Source: Hormiphora californensis (Eukaryota > Animalia > Ctenophora). Taken from it: DNA of 64,000 nt. Location: positions 1,550,001 through 1,614,000 of the forward strand of contig CM035358.1 in NCBI GenBank assembly GCA_020137815.1. The letters run 5' to 3'. The notes under the pieces were generated by a model, which saw nothing but the letters and a program-made list of their open reading frames with translations, searched no databases and was not told the origin of the DNA. This document shows, piece by piece, positions 39,801 through 52,712 of this stretch; the stretch's first letter is position 1, and each line of letters opens with the position of its first letter. The position numbers and the translations under genes were made by a program.

Positions 39801-42800
39801 CCCCAACATATTCTATCTCTCTGTTATAACAGAGAGATAGAATATGTTACACACTGCTGCAGCACTGCTCTGTGTGTAAGTATGGGAAATATCTTCTGCT
39901 GCAGTAGCAGCTGCTGCTGCAGTCCCCCAATATTTTTTCATTTTGCTGCAAGGATTTTGTTTTGCTGCAGAATTTTTGCATTTATCTTTCCTTCATATTC
40001 CAGAGATCGGGACACTGGGACGGTATGTTATGATAGCAGTTTGACAACACATTTTCTTCTAATTTGTCAACTTTTGAGTCACCCATGCAGCTCGCTTGGT
40101 CTCCAACTATAGAATTGAAATGGATTACTGCAGGGGTATCCATGCACACTAGTAAGGCTGTCCTACTTGCACTAAACTTTTTGATCTGTTGAAACTGTAA
40201 TGGAGTTTCAGGCTACATTCTAAACTGCTCACCTGGTAGCCAATCTTTGTGAAACCGTGAAGGGGTTTCCTGCATTATAATATTTAGAAGCACTGAATTT
40301 CTGGTTCATATGTCAATTGTCCTTGACCCCCAAAGTTATTAACCCGGGTGTTACTCACCAAATCTGAGCATAGCAGTTGTCGCTGCACCCAGTTAACTCG
40401 ATAACTGGTTAAAATGTAGGCAGTAGATTGTAGATGTATAACAGAGCTGCCAATTATATAATAAATATAAGTTAAGTAGTTAATATATTCAAAATTTCTG
40501 ATGTTCGAGAGGTCCAATTGACTGGATTGGACCGTTTTTGGCTTGAAATGTTGCAGCAGTCCTAGCACCTGCAGCTGTGTGACTGGCTCCGGGCCACGAG
40601 ATCTTATGGCAAACTTCTGTTAACTGATGTTTACCGCACACAATAATGGGAACGTACAAATGTAAAGTTAATGCTAAGCACAGAGAGCTTTGTTCGGCTG
40701 GATGTGTTCTGGTAATGCGTTGACAGCAGCGCATTGCCGGGGGCGGCAACACAAACTGGCGAGTAGTCGGGTCGATTGACAACCGAACCGGCTACTTGTA
40801 AAGACACGACGTGGTAGGTCCATTCTCCCGGGTCCGCCCAATAGTGGAGGTGGGATCGTCAATCGACCAGTCGGTAGGTTGGTTGGCGGTTCTGTGTCAC
40901 CAGCGCCGTTGGACTGTTGTTTGGGGTTCACCATAAGGGACAATGAGAAGCTTCACAACCTTCTACAGACTCCTAACGTCCCCCTCATTGTTCCCATTTG
41001 ATATCAGTTATACACAGCAGTTTGCAAACCAAATATAGTGGGCTCTAGTCAAGTCGATGTTGAAGTAATAAAATTTGGGAAATTAAAAGGCAGCCAAGTC
41101 CTGCATCTCTCCCACCTTATTATCTTTGATGACAACCCCTAGTTAACAATGTATTTCTCTTCAACTAAACACCACCAGGACTTGGCACCAAGGCCTGGTG
41201 TTTAGTTGAAGAAGTCTTGATTCCATGTACCTAACTCCCCTCCCCCAACCCCAGGTCCTTTGAGGTCAACATACCACGCCGCTGTTTGAGTTGAAAACAC
41301 TTGGAACCTACAGAGTCTTGAACAACGGTATGTTATGATAGCAGTTTGACAACACATTTTCTTCTAATTTGTCAACTTTTGAGTCACCCATGCAGCTCGC
41401 TTGGTCTCCAACTATAGAATTGAAATGGATTACTGCAGGGGTATCCATGCACACTAGTAAGGCTGGCCTACTTGCACTAAACTTTTTGATCTGTTGAAAC
41501 TGTAACGGAGTTTCAGGCTACATTCTAAACTGCTCACCTTGTAGCCAATCTTTGTGAAACCGTGAAGGGGTTTCTTGCATTATAATATTTAGAAGCACTG
41601 AATTTCTGGTTCGTATGTCAATTGTCCTTGACCCCCAAAGTTATTAACCCGGGTGTTACTCACCAAATCTGAGCATAGCAGTTGTCGCTGCACCCAGTTA
41701 ACTCGATAACTGGTTAAAATGTAGGCAGTAGATTGTAGATGTATAACAGAGCTGCCAATTATATAATAAATATAAGTTAAGTAGTTAATATATTCAAAGT
41801 TTATGATGTTCGAGAGGTTCAGTTAATCAGTTGGTTGGATCGGACCGTTTTTGTCTTGAAATATTGTAGCAGTCCTAGCACCTGCAGCTGTGTGACTGGC
41901 TCCGGGCTGTCTGTTATGACTCATCAAGGTCTGCCGAGATCATTTCCTAATTCTAATTCACATATACTGTACTGGTCTATTGTCGGCCGTCAACTGACTT
42001 TAGCTTCCTGTTTTGGTGTGCTTCAGAATTTAGAAGTGATTTAATAGGAACTTGGTAGGTCATAGCACCTTTATTTTGTCTGAAGTTATTTGTTTGTACT
42101 CTGCCCTCTTACATGGGCACTAAAGTGTCGTCAACAGTAAGGCCATGTGTTAAATGTGTAATTTAGAAGCTTCTGAAGTTTTGGTTCCATGTACCTAATT
42201 CCCCTCCCCCAACCCCAGGTCCTTTGACGTCAGCATTCCACGCCGCTGTTTGAGTTGAAAACGCTTGGAACCTACACAGCCTTGAACAACGGTATGTTAT
42301 AGCAGTTTGACAACACATTTTCTTCTAATTTGTCAACTTTTGAGTCACCCATGCAGCTCGCTTGGTCTCCAACTATAGAATTGAAATGGATTACTGCAGG
42401 GGTATCCATGCACACTAGTAAGGCTGTCCTACTTGCACTAAACTTATTGATATGTTGAAACTGTAATGGAGTTTCAGGCTACATTTTAAATTGCTCACCT
42501 AGTAGCCAATCTTTGTGAAACGGTGAAGGGGTTTCCTGCATTATAATATTTAGAAGCACTGAATTTCTGGTTCATATGTCAATTGTCCTTTACCCCCAAA
42601 ATTATTAACCCGGGTGTTACTCATCACATCTGAGCATAGTGCAGTTGTCGCTGCACCCAGTTAACTCGATAACTGGTTAAAATGTAGGCAGTAGATTGTA
42701 GATGTATAACAGAGTTGCCAATTATATAATAAATATAAGTTAAGTAGTTAATATATTCAAAATTTCTGATGTTCGAGAGGTCCAATTGACTGGATTGGAC

Positions 42801-43530
42801 CGTTTTTGGCTTGAAATGTTGCAGCAGTCCTAGCACCTGCAGCTGTGTGACTGGCTCCGGGCCACGAGATCTTATGGCAAACTTCTGTTAACTGATGTTT
42901 ACCGCACACAATAATGGGAACGTACAAATGTAAAGTTAATGCTAAGCACAGAGAGCTTTGTTCGGCTGGATGTGTTCTGGTAGTGCGTTGACAGCAGCGC
43001 ATTGCCGGGGGCGGCAACACAAACTGGCGAGTAGTCGGGTCGATTGACAACCGAACCGGCTACTTGTAAAGACACGACGTGGTAGGTCCATTCTCCCGGG
43101 TCCGCCCAATAGTGGAGGTGGGACCGTCAATCGACCAGTCGGTAGGTTGGTTGGCGGTTCTGTGTCACCAGCGCCGTTGGACTGTTGTTTGGGGTTCACC
43201 ATAAGGGACAATGAGAAGCTTCACAACCTTCTACAGACTCCTAACGTCCCCCTCATTGTTCCCATTTGATATCAGTTATACACAGTAGTTTGCAAACCAA
43301 ATTATATAGTGGGCTCTAGTCAAGTCGATTGTTGAAGTAATAAAATTTGGGAAATTAAAAGGCCGCCAAGTCCTGCATCTCTCCCATCTAATTATCATTG
43401 ATGACAACCCCTAGTTAACAATGTATTTCTCTTCAACTAAACACCGCCAGGACTTGGCACCAAGGCCAGGTGTTTAGTTGAAGAAGTCTTGATTCCATGT
43501 ACCTAAACTCCCCCTCCCACCCAGGTCCTT
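36887..43530. repeat. Modular tandem array: shared ~680-bp core alternating with cassette A (~630 bp) or B (~290 bp), order B-A-A-B-A
   Basis: Core marker cggtatgtta..tagcagtttgacaac at ~36887, 37856, 40021, 41326 and 42290. After gactggctccgggc the unit continues either tgtctgttatg (B: 37464, 41907) or cacgagatc (A: 38430, 40595, 42863). Confidence 0.92.
39172..40019. mobile_element. Non-autonomous DNA transposon with 14-bp TIRs and an 8-bp TSD (hAT-like), inserted in one array unit
   Basis: acggtatg|cccggtgtcccgat ... atcgggacactggg|acggtatg. The empty site is visible in the other array units. Internal ~59-bp and ~157-bp duplications. Confidence 0.9.
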
Positions 43531-43539
43531 GGGTCCAAC

Positions 43540-44329
43540 TTCTTGTGAATTTGTGTGTGATGATTATAGGGCCCATATGGATCACAATAGTGAAGGAAAT
43601 TAGCTTGGTTATACATTTTCCATAGTTCGGGCCTTTCTTGAGCTAAAATGCCCTAATTACAGGTATTGAGAGTGAGCTGTTTGCCCTGTTCATATAATTT
43701 GTTTTTCGCGACATTACAAAAAAAAACGGTTGATTTGAAGTAGGGCAAAAATGTCTCTCAGAAGAGCCACCCCCAAAAATCGGACCTTTGAATGTTTTTT
43801 AAGGAACCTAGTCCTCAGGTCCTCACGATCAACCGTTTTTGAGACACAGGGAATTTTATTTATTCTGAAATGGACGGCTTCCACAAAAACTCTGTACAGC
43901 CTTATCTATCAATAAGGGACACGCCCAAAATTTATGGCCACTTAGATAATCGTTATACGACAACTTTCTCCCAATTTACAAGCTTACATGTTCGGGAACT
44001 TTGCCAAATAGGCGTTTAAGTGAAAAAAAAGAATCCACCTCAGGACCGGAAATCATCGGATTTGCAAAAAAAATTTGTGTATGTGTTATCACCTCAGTTC
44101 CTCTCTTCAATCATCCCACATTTGCCGCTCTTATCTTCAAAAATTTTTTGTGGGATTGCCAACCAAACGTCATGTTCACGGACATTTTTATAGAAAGCTG
44201 AGCACACAAATCATGACATTCGACTTGAGAGCTCAAATTGCATATTTAGGTCTCCTTGGGCATGGCTACAAACCCACGGTTGAGTAGATTTCCCGCACTC
44301 GAAAAAATTTTTGGTTTAGGGCTGTACCT
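43540..44329. mobile_element. Truncated copy (spacer + one arm) of the foldback element at 59673-61061
   Basis: Reverse complement of ~59673-60430, ending gtacc|ttaa with the same flanking sequence. Confidence 0.8.
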
Positions 44330-44333
44330 TAAC

Positions 44334-47300
44334 CATGGTTCAATGAAAATAAACGGTTGGTTTATACGGGCTGTATTACGTGTGGGGAGATGTTAGTTTC
44401 TGAGAAGGTTTGTCTTGTTTGTTTGTTAGTGTCTGGACAAACTACGACCATGGGTATGTAACGTGTTGGTGATGAGATGAACGTGAGTCCAAGTCTACTA
44501 AGGGGGTGCCAAAATTATTGGTCAAAACACATGCTATACCCGTGAGCCCACCTTAATTCCAAAACAATAAACTGCCTAATTAAATCACTGTTGGTGTTTG
44601 CACCCTTGACCAACTTCCCCCTGAACATCACCAGTTTTCCGGGTGTTGTCGGGTAGTTTGGGATCCGCAGAAGTATCCGCGGGCTATCCGATAATGTTTC
44701 GTTGCGGGGTTGGCGCTGGGTGGCTGAATGGGACTCACCGTTAATTTTTGTGGCTACACCGCATTTTATTCCAGCATCAATGTGTGATTGGGTTATCTCT
44801 CGTTGAAATTGATAACCATTACCTAAAAGTATGTGACCTAAACAAAACTATGTTATGCACACCCAAAGGTTCACCCCCACTCACCTTGTACTCCCAGAAA
44901 TCCAGGAATTTCAACACATCTTCCTAAGTTACCAGCTGAACTTTCCTGAATTATGGGTTTACTCTCAGAAGAGCCTCTGCCTTTATTTTCCATACACACA
45001 CCCTCCCCCCACCAGGACCTTTCCGTTACTAGCCGGTACTGGGGCTCTGGGAGGACTAACTTTACTGATACATCACCTTTGAACAATGTGTGCTCCTGGT
45101 TGGGCTACACCTACCAGGTGAGGGCAGGGTTTGGGGTATCATCTATGAGAAGCAGTACAATGACAGTGTTTGTACACTGTACACCTGAGGAACGGTTTTA
45201 GTCTCACTTTAAGATACAGTGTACATGCAGATAAGGGGTACAATTACATGAGAATTTTGATATATGGCTACACCTACTCAAATAGTATTCCCAGATGTGC
45301 ACAAGGATCAAGGCGGCAGGCGGTATTGGTAGACTCTGGTCGACGTTGGTAGGTAGTCAAGGGAAACCAGTTTGAGGAACAATAAATATGAAAGAGGAAG
45401 GAGTAAGACAGTAGTGTCCGTTGTTTGTAAGTGATAAATACAGAAAGTTCATGTATCAAGATACTGATAATCTGATCAACTCGCTAACCTCATGAAATAT
45501 ATTCATCCCCTGTGTGACTTAGCTGGATCACGATGAGTGTCTGGTGTGCCTGTTCTCTTGATTAATGCGTTTTTTTGTCACACCCACACGTCCTTCTTTA
45601 TGTATAGAGGGAGGCAATGGCTAACTACACTACACGTATCATCAGCTGTTGAGGACGGGATGGGTACCAGGGGCGTGGGGCTACACGTTCCCGTACCGCA
45701 GCTCTATGAAAATCTATGCTGCTGTTTCCCGGGGTCTGTTGTTAATCGTGTTGTCGCGAGAATGGTGCTGATTCGGTTGTATTAAATTACTGATTGGTCG
45801 GGGTTGTCTGGTTTACTCCACTGGGTTGAGATCTTGATTCAGTTCTCTGTGTTTCTATGGTTAGCGACGTCGTTTATTAGAAACTGTTTGTACATATTTT
45901 TCCTGTCAATTTTCTCATTCTCCCCTGTCACCGTTATCAATTCCCGTGTCCAATGTTTGGTCTCCTAGGTGGATCGGTTTGATGCCTGCAGGGGGACTCT
46001 ATCCTCCACTTCCCATGTCTTTACGTGTCAGGATACAGTGGGTGGAGAACCAAATTGGTAAAGACGGTCTTTTCCTTGCTGGAAGTTTGCCCACCCTCCC
46101 TGGGAAGTATTTGTTCTTCATTTTCTACCAAGGTACAGTGTAGAACATGAATAATATTAAAAAATCAGAACGCATTTCTACACAAAGATATAGAGTCTAA
46201 CAACCACATAACTCGTCCATTTTTTTATCATTGTCAGATCTTTGTTTCAATCCGACGAAAGTTGAGTCTGGTGACCTGAATTTCTTAATAATTTACTAGA
46301 AAATCAATCCACTATCGGAGGGACGAGAGGGTTAATCCGAGTTGAGGTCAAGGGTCAGAACGCAACAACAGGTCGATTTCGAGACGGTAGACTTTCAACA
46401 CACATCCCACACTAGAGGTAACTACCCATGTCATCGTTCCCGAACGGGGGAAGGAAAATGATTATATGTTTATATATGCTACCTATAAATAGAAGACATG
46501 AAAAGCTTTCCATCCAGCCACAGCACTAAATATTTTATCCGTTTATCACTGTGAAAAAAACCGTTCTTTTGGGGGAGTTAATGCAGCCCAAACGGTGAAG
46601 AAGAATGAAGAAACGAATGGAAAACAACAGGACCTCCCAATAGTTTCACACTTTTCATCCGCGTAAGTTTGAAAATTGAACTCCCGTACGGTTTGAGCAT
46701 ACTCGCTAGGTTCCAGCTATCTACACCTCCATACCACATTACATGCAATCACAGTCTGTTCCGTTACACCGGTATAACCCTGTGATTGTAGGTGTATGTA
46801 TGAAGGCAACCCAAATATTGTGTTCAAACATCAACTGTTAGCATGCAGATAGAATCATTTTATAAATAACATGACTATTTTGAGGCCACACAGGGTTTGA
46901 TAACAAAATGTACACCAGCCCATGCAGCTTTTATTTCAAACACTGTTTGAATCTTTTTGAGCGGTATGAATCTCCAACGATAACACTGCAAACCTTGTAG
47001 TGAATGGGGTTGTGACCGAATGATAGCGTTGTGGTGTTTCTAGCATTGGTGGTAACCTTGCGGGGTGATAACGGTTGGTAACCCTCACACTTCTCAGCTG
47101 CTGCTGGGGTTTCCTTTTTATTCTCGTCCTCTTGAGAAGATACTAGTCAGTCTCTTCTACACCTCATTTCCCTTGCCTTCCTCCACCTTCCAGTTTCAGG
47201 GAGTTCTGTAGTGTCGTTAATTTCCCCAGACTCAATGTTGTCATTATCAAGTTCCTCTGGCAGTGATGCAACCTGGTCAGAGTGTAAAGATGCTTCCTTC

Positions 47301-47700
47301 TCGTGTAACGAACTGTTATCTGAATTCAACTCCAAAGGATCAACTTTGAGGGGCAGGGAGGAATTGTTGTGTGTATTCACGGCTGATTGTTTTAGAATTT
47401 CTGATAATGATTCTCCCTCTGTACACTTTACTGACGTGGGTGGTCGGATGTAGGAAGATTTGTAACGTCAGGAGAAGGCCGCCATAAAACGCAGGTGAAG
47501 AATTCCATCAAATATTTCTGTGTTACATCTCAAACAGTTCGAAAAGTGGGTAATGATAGAGGATAGTTGTGTCAGCGTGTCCGGTGGTTGTCCCTGATCA
47601 CTTGCAGGTTCGCCCAAACCCATCATCCTGGAATCGTTTTTAGTTAACAAATTAACGCAAGTCGCAAACACCCTTTTTACTAGGGTTGCCGTTAGCCAGC
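44334..47700 (-). pseudogene. Frameshift-ridden copy of an unknown multi-exon gene (acidic N-terminal region, hydrophobic segment, N/R/Q-rich region); inverted duplicate of 57036-59668
   Basis: Colinear reverse-complement similarity to 57036-59668. ORF fragments at 47147-47380 and 47468-47671. The indels may be read errors. Confidence 0.45.
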
Positions 47701-48151
47701 GCTGTAGTCCCCACCTCTGTAGCCGTCAAAAACGCGTGTTACTAGGTGTACTGGAGCGCAGGCCAGCGTTAAATCGTGGTGTTGGGATGTGCTGAATAAA
47801 CGGTTTTTTTAGGTTGTAGGCTAAAAGTAGGGTTTTAGGCCGTTGGGGTTAGCCTTGAAATTTCATACTAGCTTAAACTTTGATTAGCACAAACGGTTTG
47901 TGTGGTTTGGAGATTAGAGCCATTTAGTGATACTGAAAAGTGAATACAATTTTTAGGGCGCGATTATAATCCTGGGTGCCTTGCAACTTGTAAGGTCGCG
48001 CTACCAAAAGAGTACACTGTAGACCGACTTTTGCACACGGCTATCCGCGATGAGCCACAAATCAACATGCCAATGTGAGTAATAGAACGTATCTGTTAGA
48101 GAATCGATTAGCCCTAAACCGTAACCAAACCAAACCCTAAACGAATAGCCC

Positions 48152-51100
48152 TTTCAATTCAATTCACTTCAATCATTTGCGCACAATAACAGGAATTTTA
48201 AAACCCATAAACCTCCTCATTAGTCTTCAATACACCACCAGCTCAGCACAAACAACAGTCATCAGATTGGAAATTGATCAGGCGCCACTGCAGGATAGAG
48301 TTGTTGTCATTAGATGGATCACCCGATAATAGTGTGGAGTATAGGGATGAAACAAACGGTAGACACCCAGCGTGATTAATTGGGAAGTGTCGGTCCTCCT
48401 TACATGTCGTGTAGAGTGTTCCCAGTTGGGGCCCTTAAAGCCATAGAAAAGAAACCACTCAAAAACTGTGATATTTGCCGTTGAGCTTCAATAAGAATAT
48501 CTGGAAACGAATTGCTCTGGTCCAGAACGGGGGCTCTCACAAAGCCCAGGTTGGTGGTGTTTGTGATTCACATTGTATATTTTTTTTTCCAGGACCATTA
48601 TCCAAGTTGTATCTCTCACGAGTCTTTGAAAGTGACAGTAGACACAGGGATCGGAGTCTCTGCCAGTAGTCCAGGCCTTTAAGGCCTGCGCTTTACGAGT
48701 AAAAGCACGTGATATATCCTCTAAACGACTGATATCGCCAATCTTGGTGGGGGACCAAAGAGTACAAACAGTAGTCCAGGTGTGGACGCACCAGGGATTT
48801 GTATGTAGAGGGTAACCATGTTGCTCCGAGAACGGACCTGATGCACTGAGGGTCCAGCCGCAATACGTCTCGCCTCGGAGTATTACACGAGATATCTGGG
48901 CTGACCATGAACCGTCGGAGGAGAGGAAGAACCCAAGATCACGAACGGTACGGAAGGGATAATATCTCTACCGTCTGAAAGATGATATGTATAGTTCTCG
49001 GCACTAAGGGCATTTCCCTGAGAGATGATGTGTGATTTAGTGTATAGTTCATCACTTCAAAACTTTGCTTGGTGGAGCGACATATTGTTGATATCTGCCA
49101 AGAAATGATCTGTTGAGATCCTCTTGAAGGAGGACTTATCCAGTAACGTTCGTATAGCAGAGAAGATTTTGGTATCGTCTTGCAAACGACAGGACGAGCC
49201 GTGTTGACTAAGAATCTAGGTCGATCACACCTATGAGAAATAGGATTGGGCCTAGAACTGGTCCCTTGGGGTACACCACTAATCACTTGAGCGAAAGAGG
49301 AAGGGACACCGTCGACCATAACAGTTTGCATCCGATCGTAAAGGAAACTACTTAGCCAAGATAAAAGTCTGCCCCTTGACACCATATTTCTGGAGTTTTT
49401 CCAATAGAATGCCAATGTCCACCCTTATCAAATGCCTTCTCAAAATCGAGGTGATAAGAGCATCTACCTCGGAGACCATTGAGATTGTTCAGTAGGTTGC
49501 AATATGACGAGTGAGTTGCGAGATACAGCTCGCTTACTTCTGAATCCATTTGGGAGAGTCATTAAAAGATTTTCTGACTCAAAATACGATACAAGTGGGA
49601 ACGAACAACTCTTTCGAAAGTTTTAGTAATGTGACTGGTCAATGAAATTGGCCGATAGTTTGCAGCAACATGACTTAGAACCCTTTTGTAGAGGGGTGAT
49701 ATGAACTGCTGCTTCAGGGTACGTAGGAACTGCACCTGAGTTGAATGATTACACCCACAGGATAACAAAGGGTATGATAGAGATGACCGACAGTCACGTA
49801 GTAGAATTCTGGCGAATATCCCCTGGTGGGCGCTGGAGTAAGGGTTCAGATCGGCTACACGCCTTCTCAATGTCCGATGGAGGAGAACAATATGTCTGAA
49901 ATACTGGACGTTGATGGCGAAATAGATGAGGCTGCAGCTGAAGGGGATGTAGAGGGAGCAAATACAGAATGAATTGGACTGGAATAACTCGGCTTTTCAG
50001 AAGCTCATCCGTTTAGTGATCCATCCTCTCGTTAAAAATGGTGGAATCCGTAACGCATTTACGCTTTCGATTTGCATAGGACCAGAAAAACTTCGGATTT
50101 GACTTGATTTTATCCAAGAACCCCCTGTTCCTCATCATCCAACCGCTGTGAGATGTGGGCCATTATCCTCAGCGTGACCCTGGCAACGCTAATTTCAAGT
50201 TGTGGATAGATTTGGGTAGTGTGTTGGAGCGATAGACAAACGTTTGTTGAGACTTCTCTGCGATTTTCAGGCGCCTCAAAATAGGGATCAGACGTTTGTT
50301 TCCCGCTTTCTTTTTCCTCTTGGAGTGATGAGACAAGACCTGCAAGATGGTCAAGTTGAAAAGTTGGACACAATCTGATCCGTCCTGTCATTACAGATAT
50401 CAGCAAGCATCCCAGTCGATAAGGTTTAGCTCGTTACGCATTGATGGGAAGTCCGCTTCATGAAAATTGAATGCAAGAAAAATCCTCAGATTGGAGTCCC
50501 GAACTGGCTGGGACTTGATACCAAACCCAAGAGTACATGTTACCATTTGGTGATCGAGAAAGTTTGGATCTGATACATGGTATCTATGACATAATCAGGT
50601 CTGTTAGTCAAAAACAAGGTCCAGGGTATTGGACCTCTGGTGGACCATCGACAATTTGAGTCGGAAATGAGAGGCTGAGAAATCGAGCAGGTTCCGGATG
50701 CATGTATCAGGGGCTTCCATGGACACCCAATTGATGCCAGGCATATTAAAGTCCCCTGTTAAGAAAACTGTCCGGTGAGTGAACGTTGTCAGCGCCACAA
50801 CTGTCGATGAATTGGGACACACCGTTGAGAAGATCGGCAATTGGAGCATTTGGTGCACGCATAAACCACGCCTAGACATGGAGTGGCTTTCTTTAATGTA
50901 CACGATAGCTGCACTGCTGGAGGAATCAGAGTAACGGTAGTCGAGTGAGATAGGAAGTTGGCTGTTTACATAGAGGGCAACACCCCCACCTCTTCTACCA
51001 TCACGGCCACTCCTGATGAGGTGGAAACCTTCAATGTTGCAACTGAGATCACTAAATGCATCACTCCCACCAAGTTTCAGTTATAGCATGCATAGTATGG

Positions 51101-52712
51101 GGTGTGAAGAAGTTCTGTAAGGTGTCCCTGAGATAGGAAGCTTCCACTTACATTCGCTTACCCGCAGAAGGGTTAACTACGGCGTTGATACTGAGTAATT
51201 TCGAATCTTTCCAGTGCTCGCGGGAATAGCATTGGAGTTGTGCACAGGCTGGCTGAGGGAGATATTGGGGCGTGGTGGAGTGTAGCCCTGGAATTCCTGT
51301 CTCATTGAGTCCAGGGAGTTTTGACCTCCCGTAGTATGTCGTCGCGTAACAGTTTCCATCAGGTTCATCGAAAAATCCTGCTGCGTATTTGGCGTTTTTC
51401 GACGGCAGGAGAGACAGATTTGTCCACTCTGGTTTTGGGGACGATTTTGTGAGCCAGACTGAGATTTCCTGTACCAGATTGGGGTTTTCTGGCATCGTTA
51501 TTGGGTTTTCTTGGCATTAGGGGGGGGGCGTCCTTTCCTCTTTTCTGCGGTGAACTTAAGATGATCCTCTTGCAGTCTCTGTTCGTAAAGAATACCCGGG
51601 AATCTCAGACTCTTTGCAGAGTGGAGGATGGAGATAGGAGCAGTTGTTCCCTTTGTTACAAACCGTGATTCCTAGTCGTCCCATATGGCTAAACCTAAGA
51701 CACACTTGGGGGTGTTCTTTCTTGCAGGTTTTACCATTAACCAACTTGCACCATCGGGTACCGTGCGGCAGTCCCTTAGTAAGTGGCGTTCAAGACCATT
51801 TTTGAACTTGGATTTGGATTGATAGAAGTTGGGTTTCTTATCATCCTGATCCTCGTCTGGGTCCTCTCCGAACTCAACTCGGGGATGATCTTAGTGTCTA
51901 GAACAGTTTAAACCACCGACTGGAGTTGTCATGTCGGGATCATTGTTGTTGGCTTTGAGAACTGTCGATGTTGGCCTCGGATTCACCGACTTGGGAAGTT
52001 TGAGAATTTTTGATCTCTTTTGTTCACCTTGGTCTTCTTCTTTTTCTTCATCCCACTTCTGCCTATTTGGGGCTGATCTTGAGCTGGAATTCCGAATCAG
52101 ACAGGTTTGGGTTATCTTGGGTTAATGTCACCGTAAAGGTTTTCGGTTTATCCCATTTTTCTTCTCACAGGATGAACATATCCAGTGGGAGCCAGGAATA
52201 GATCCAGGGGACCCTGCCATCGCGTCACATACGTGGGCTCCTTGGCCACAAAGGTAAAGCAGCGAATAGAAGGAGATTCGCCGAGCTTAAAGGCGTACAT
52301 TTCGTTAACAACCCTGCATCTACGGGAAAGTGGCTTTCGAGCTGCATGATAAGGTAGTCCGATAGCGTGGTGCGATTTGGTACCGTTTTGTTTTTTCGCA
52401 TTTGACCCGGGAGAAGCACCAAAAAATCTTCCGGCAGCTTCGAGTGTTTCGCAGTTAAAAGCTCGAAACACTTCTGGTTTTGTGTGTAGTGGACATCGTG
52501 ACGGTATGGCCGATAACACCTTCCTCGTAAGTGAGTCAGCCTGGTGATAAGAGCTGCAACGCAAGGATGCTACCATCGACATCGACATCAGAAGTTTCAT
52601 TGATTCATTAACCATCTTTGACATAGGGCTTGACCCTAGATAGGAAGATTTGAAACGCACAGGCGCGCGCTCAAATTAATTTGTTTAAAGTAGTGTTGAA
52701 AAGTTTGAAACT
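48152..52712 (-). mobile_element. Full-length CR1-clade non-LTR retrotransposon (ORF1 with PHD-like and CCCH fingers; ORF2 APE endonuclease + RT), many frameshifts
   Basis: ORF1 from ATG 52624: IRCF.CGQGAHVC and CKKEHPQVC..CNKGNNCSYLHPPLC. APE: GGGVALYVN, GDFNMPGINW, NTLDLVF. RT: NYRPISLTSHITKTFERVV, LDFEKAFDK, SGVPQGT. CR1-type YKSLVRPHLDYC. 3' tail of (ATTGA)-like repeats at ~48152-48176. Confidence 0.92.
52670..52712 (-). other. Spliced-leader exon sequence fused to the LINE 5' end
   Basis: Minus strand reads AGTTTCAAACTTTTCAACACTACTTTAAACAAATTAATTTGAG, matching the Pleurobrachia-type ctenophore SL as I recall it. It is followed by CGCGCG rather than a GT donor, so it is not an SL RNA gene. 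Confidence 0.85.

Noticed and set aside
38119-43211. Repeated 70-97-aa minus-strand ORFs as a protein family
   Set aside because: They overlap in several frames, use non-ATG starts and show no recognisable domain. Their recurrence simply reflects the DNA repeat.
36887-43530. CRISPR-like repeat-spacer array, or 5S/snRNA/histone cluster
   Set aside because: Units are ~1 kb with only two recurring cassettes in a eukaryotic context. No cas, 5S, U snRNA or histone sequence was recognised.
48152-52624. Programmed frameshifting or a dated pseudogenisation of the LINE
   Set aside because: Indel density matches the noisy neighbouring sequence, so decay cannot be told apart from read error.
52670-52712. 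SL RNA gene
   Set aside because: There is no GT donor or Sm-site-bearing intron after the exon; the sequence continues into the LINE UTR.
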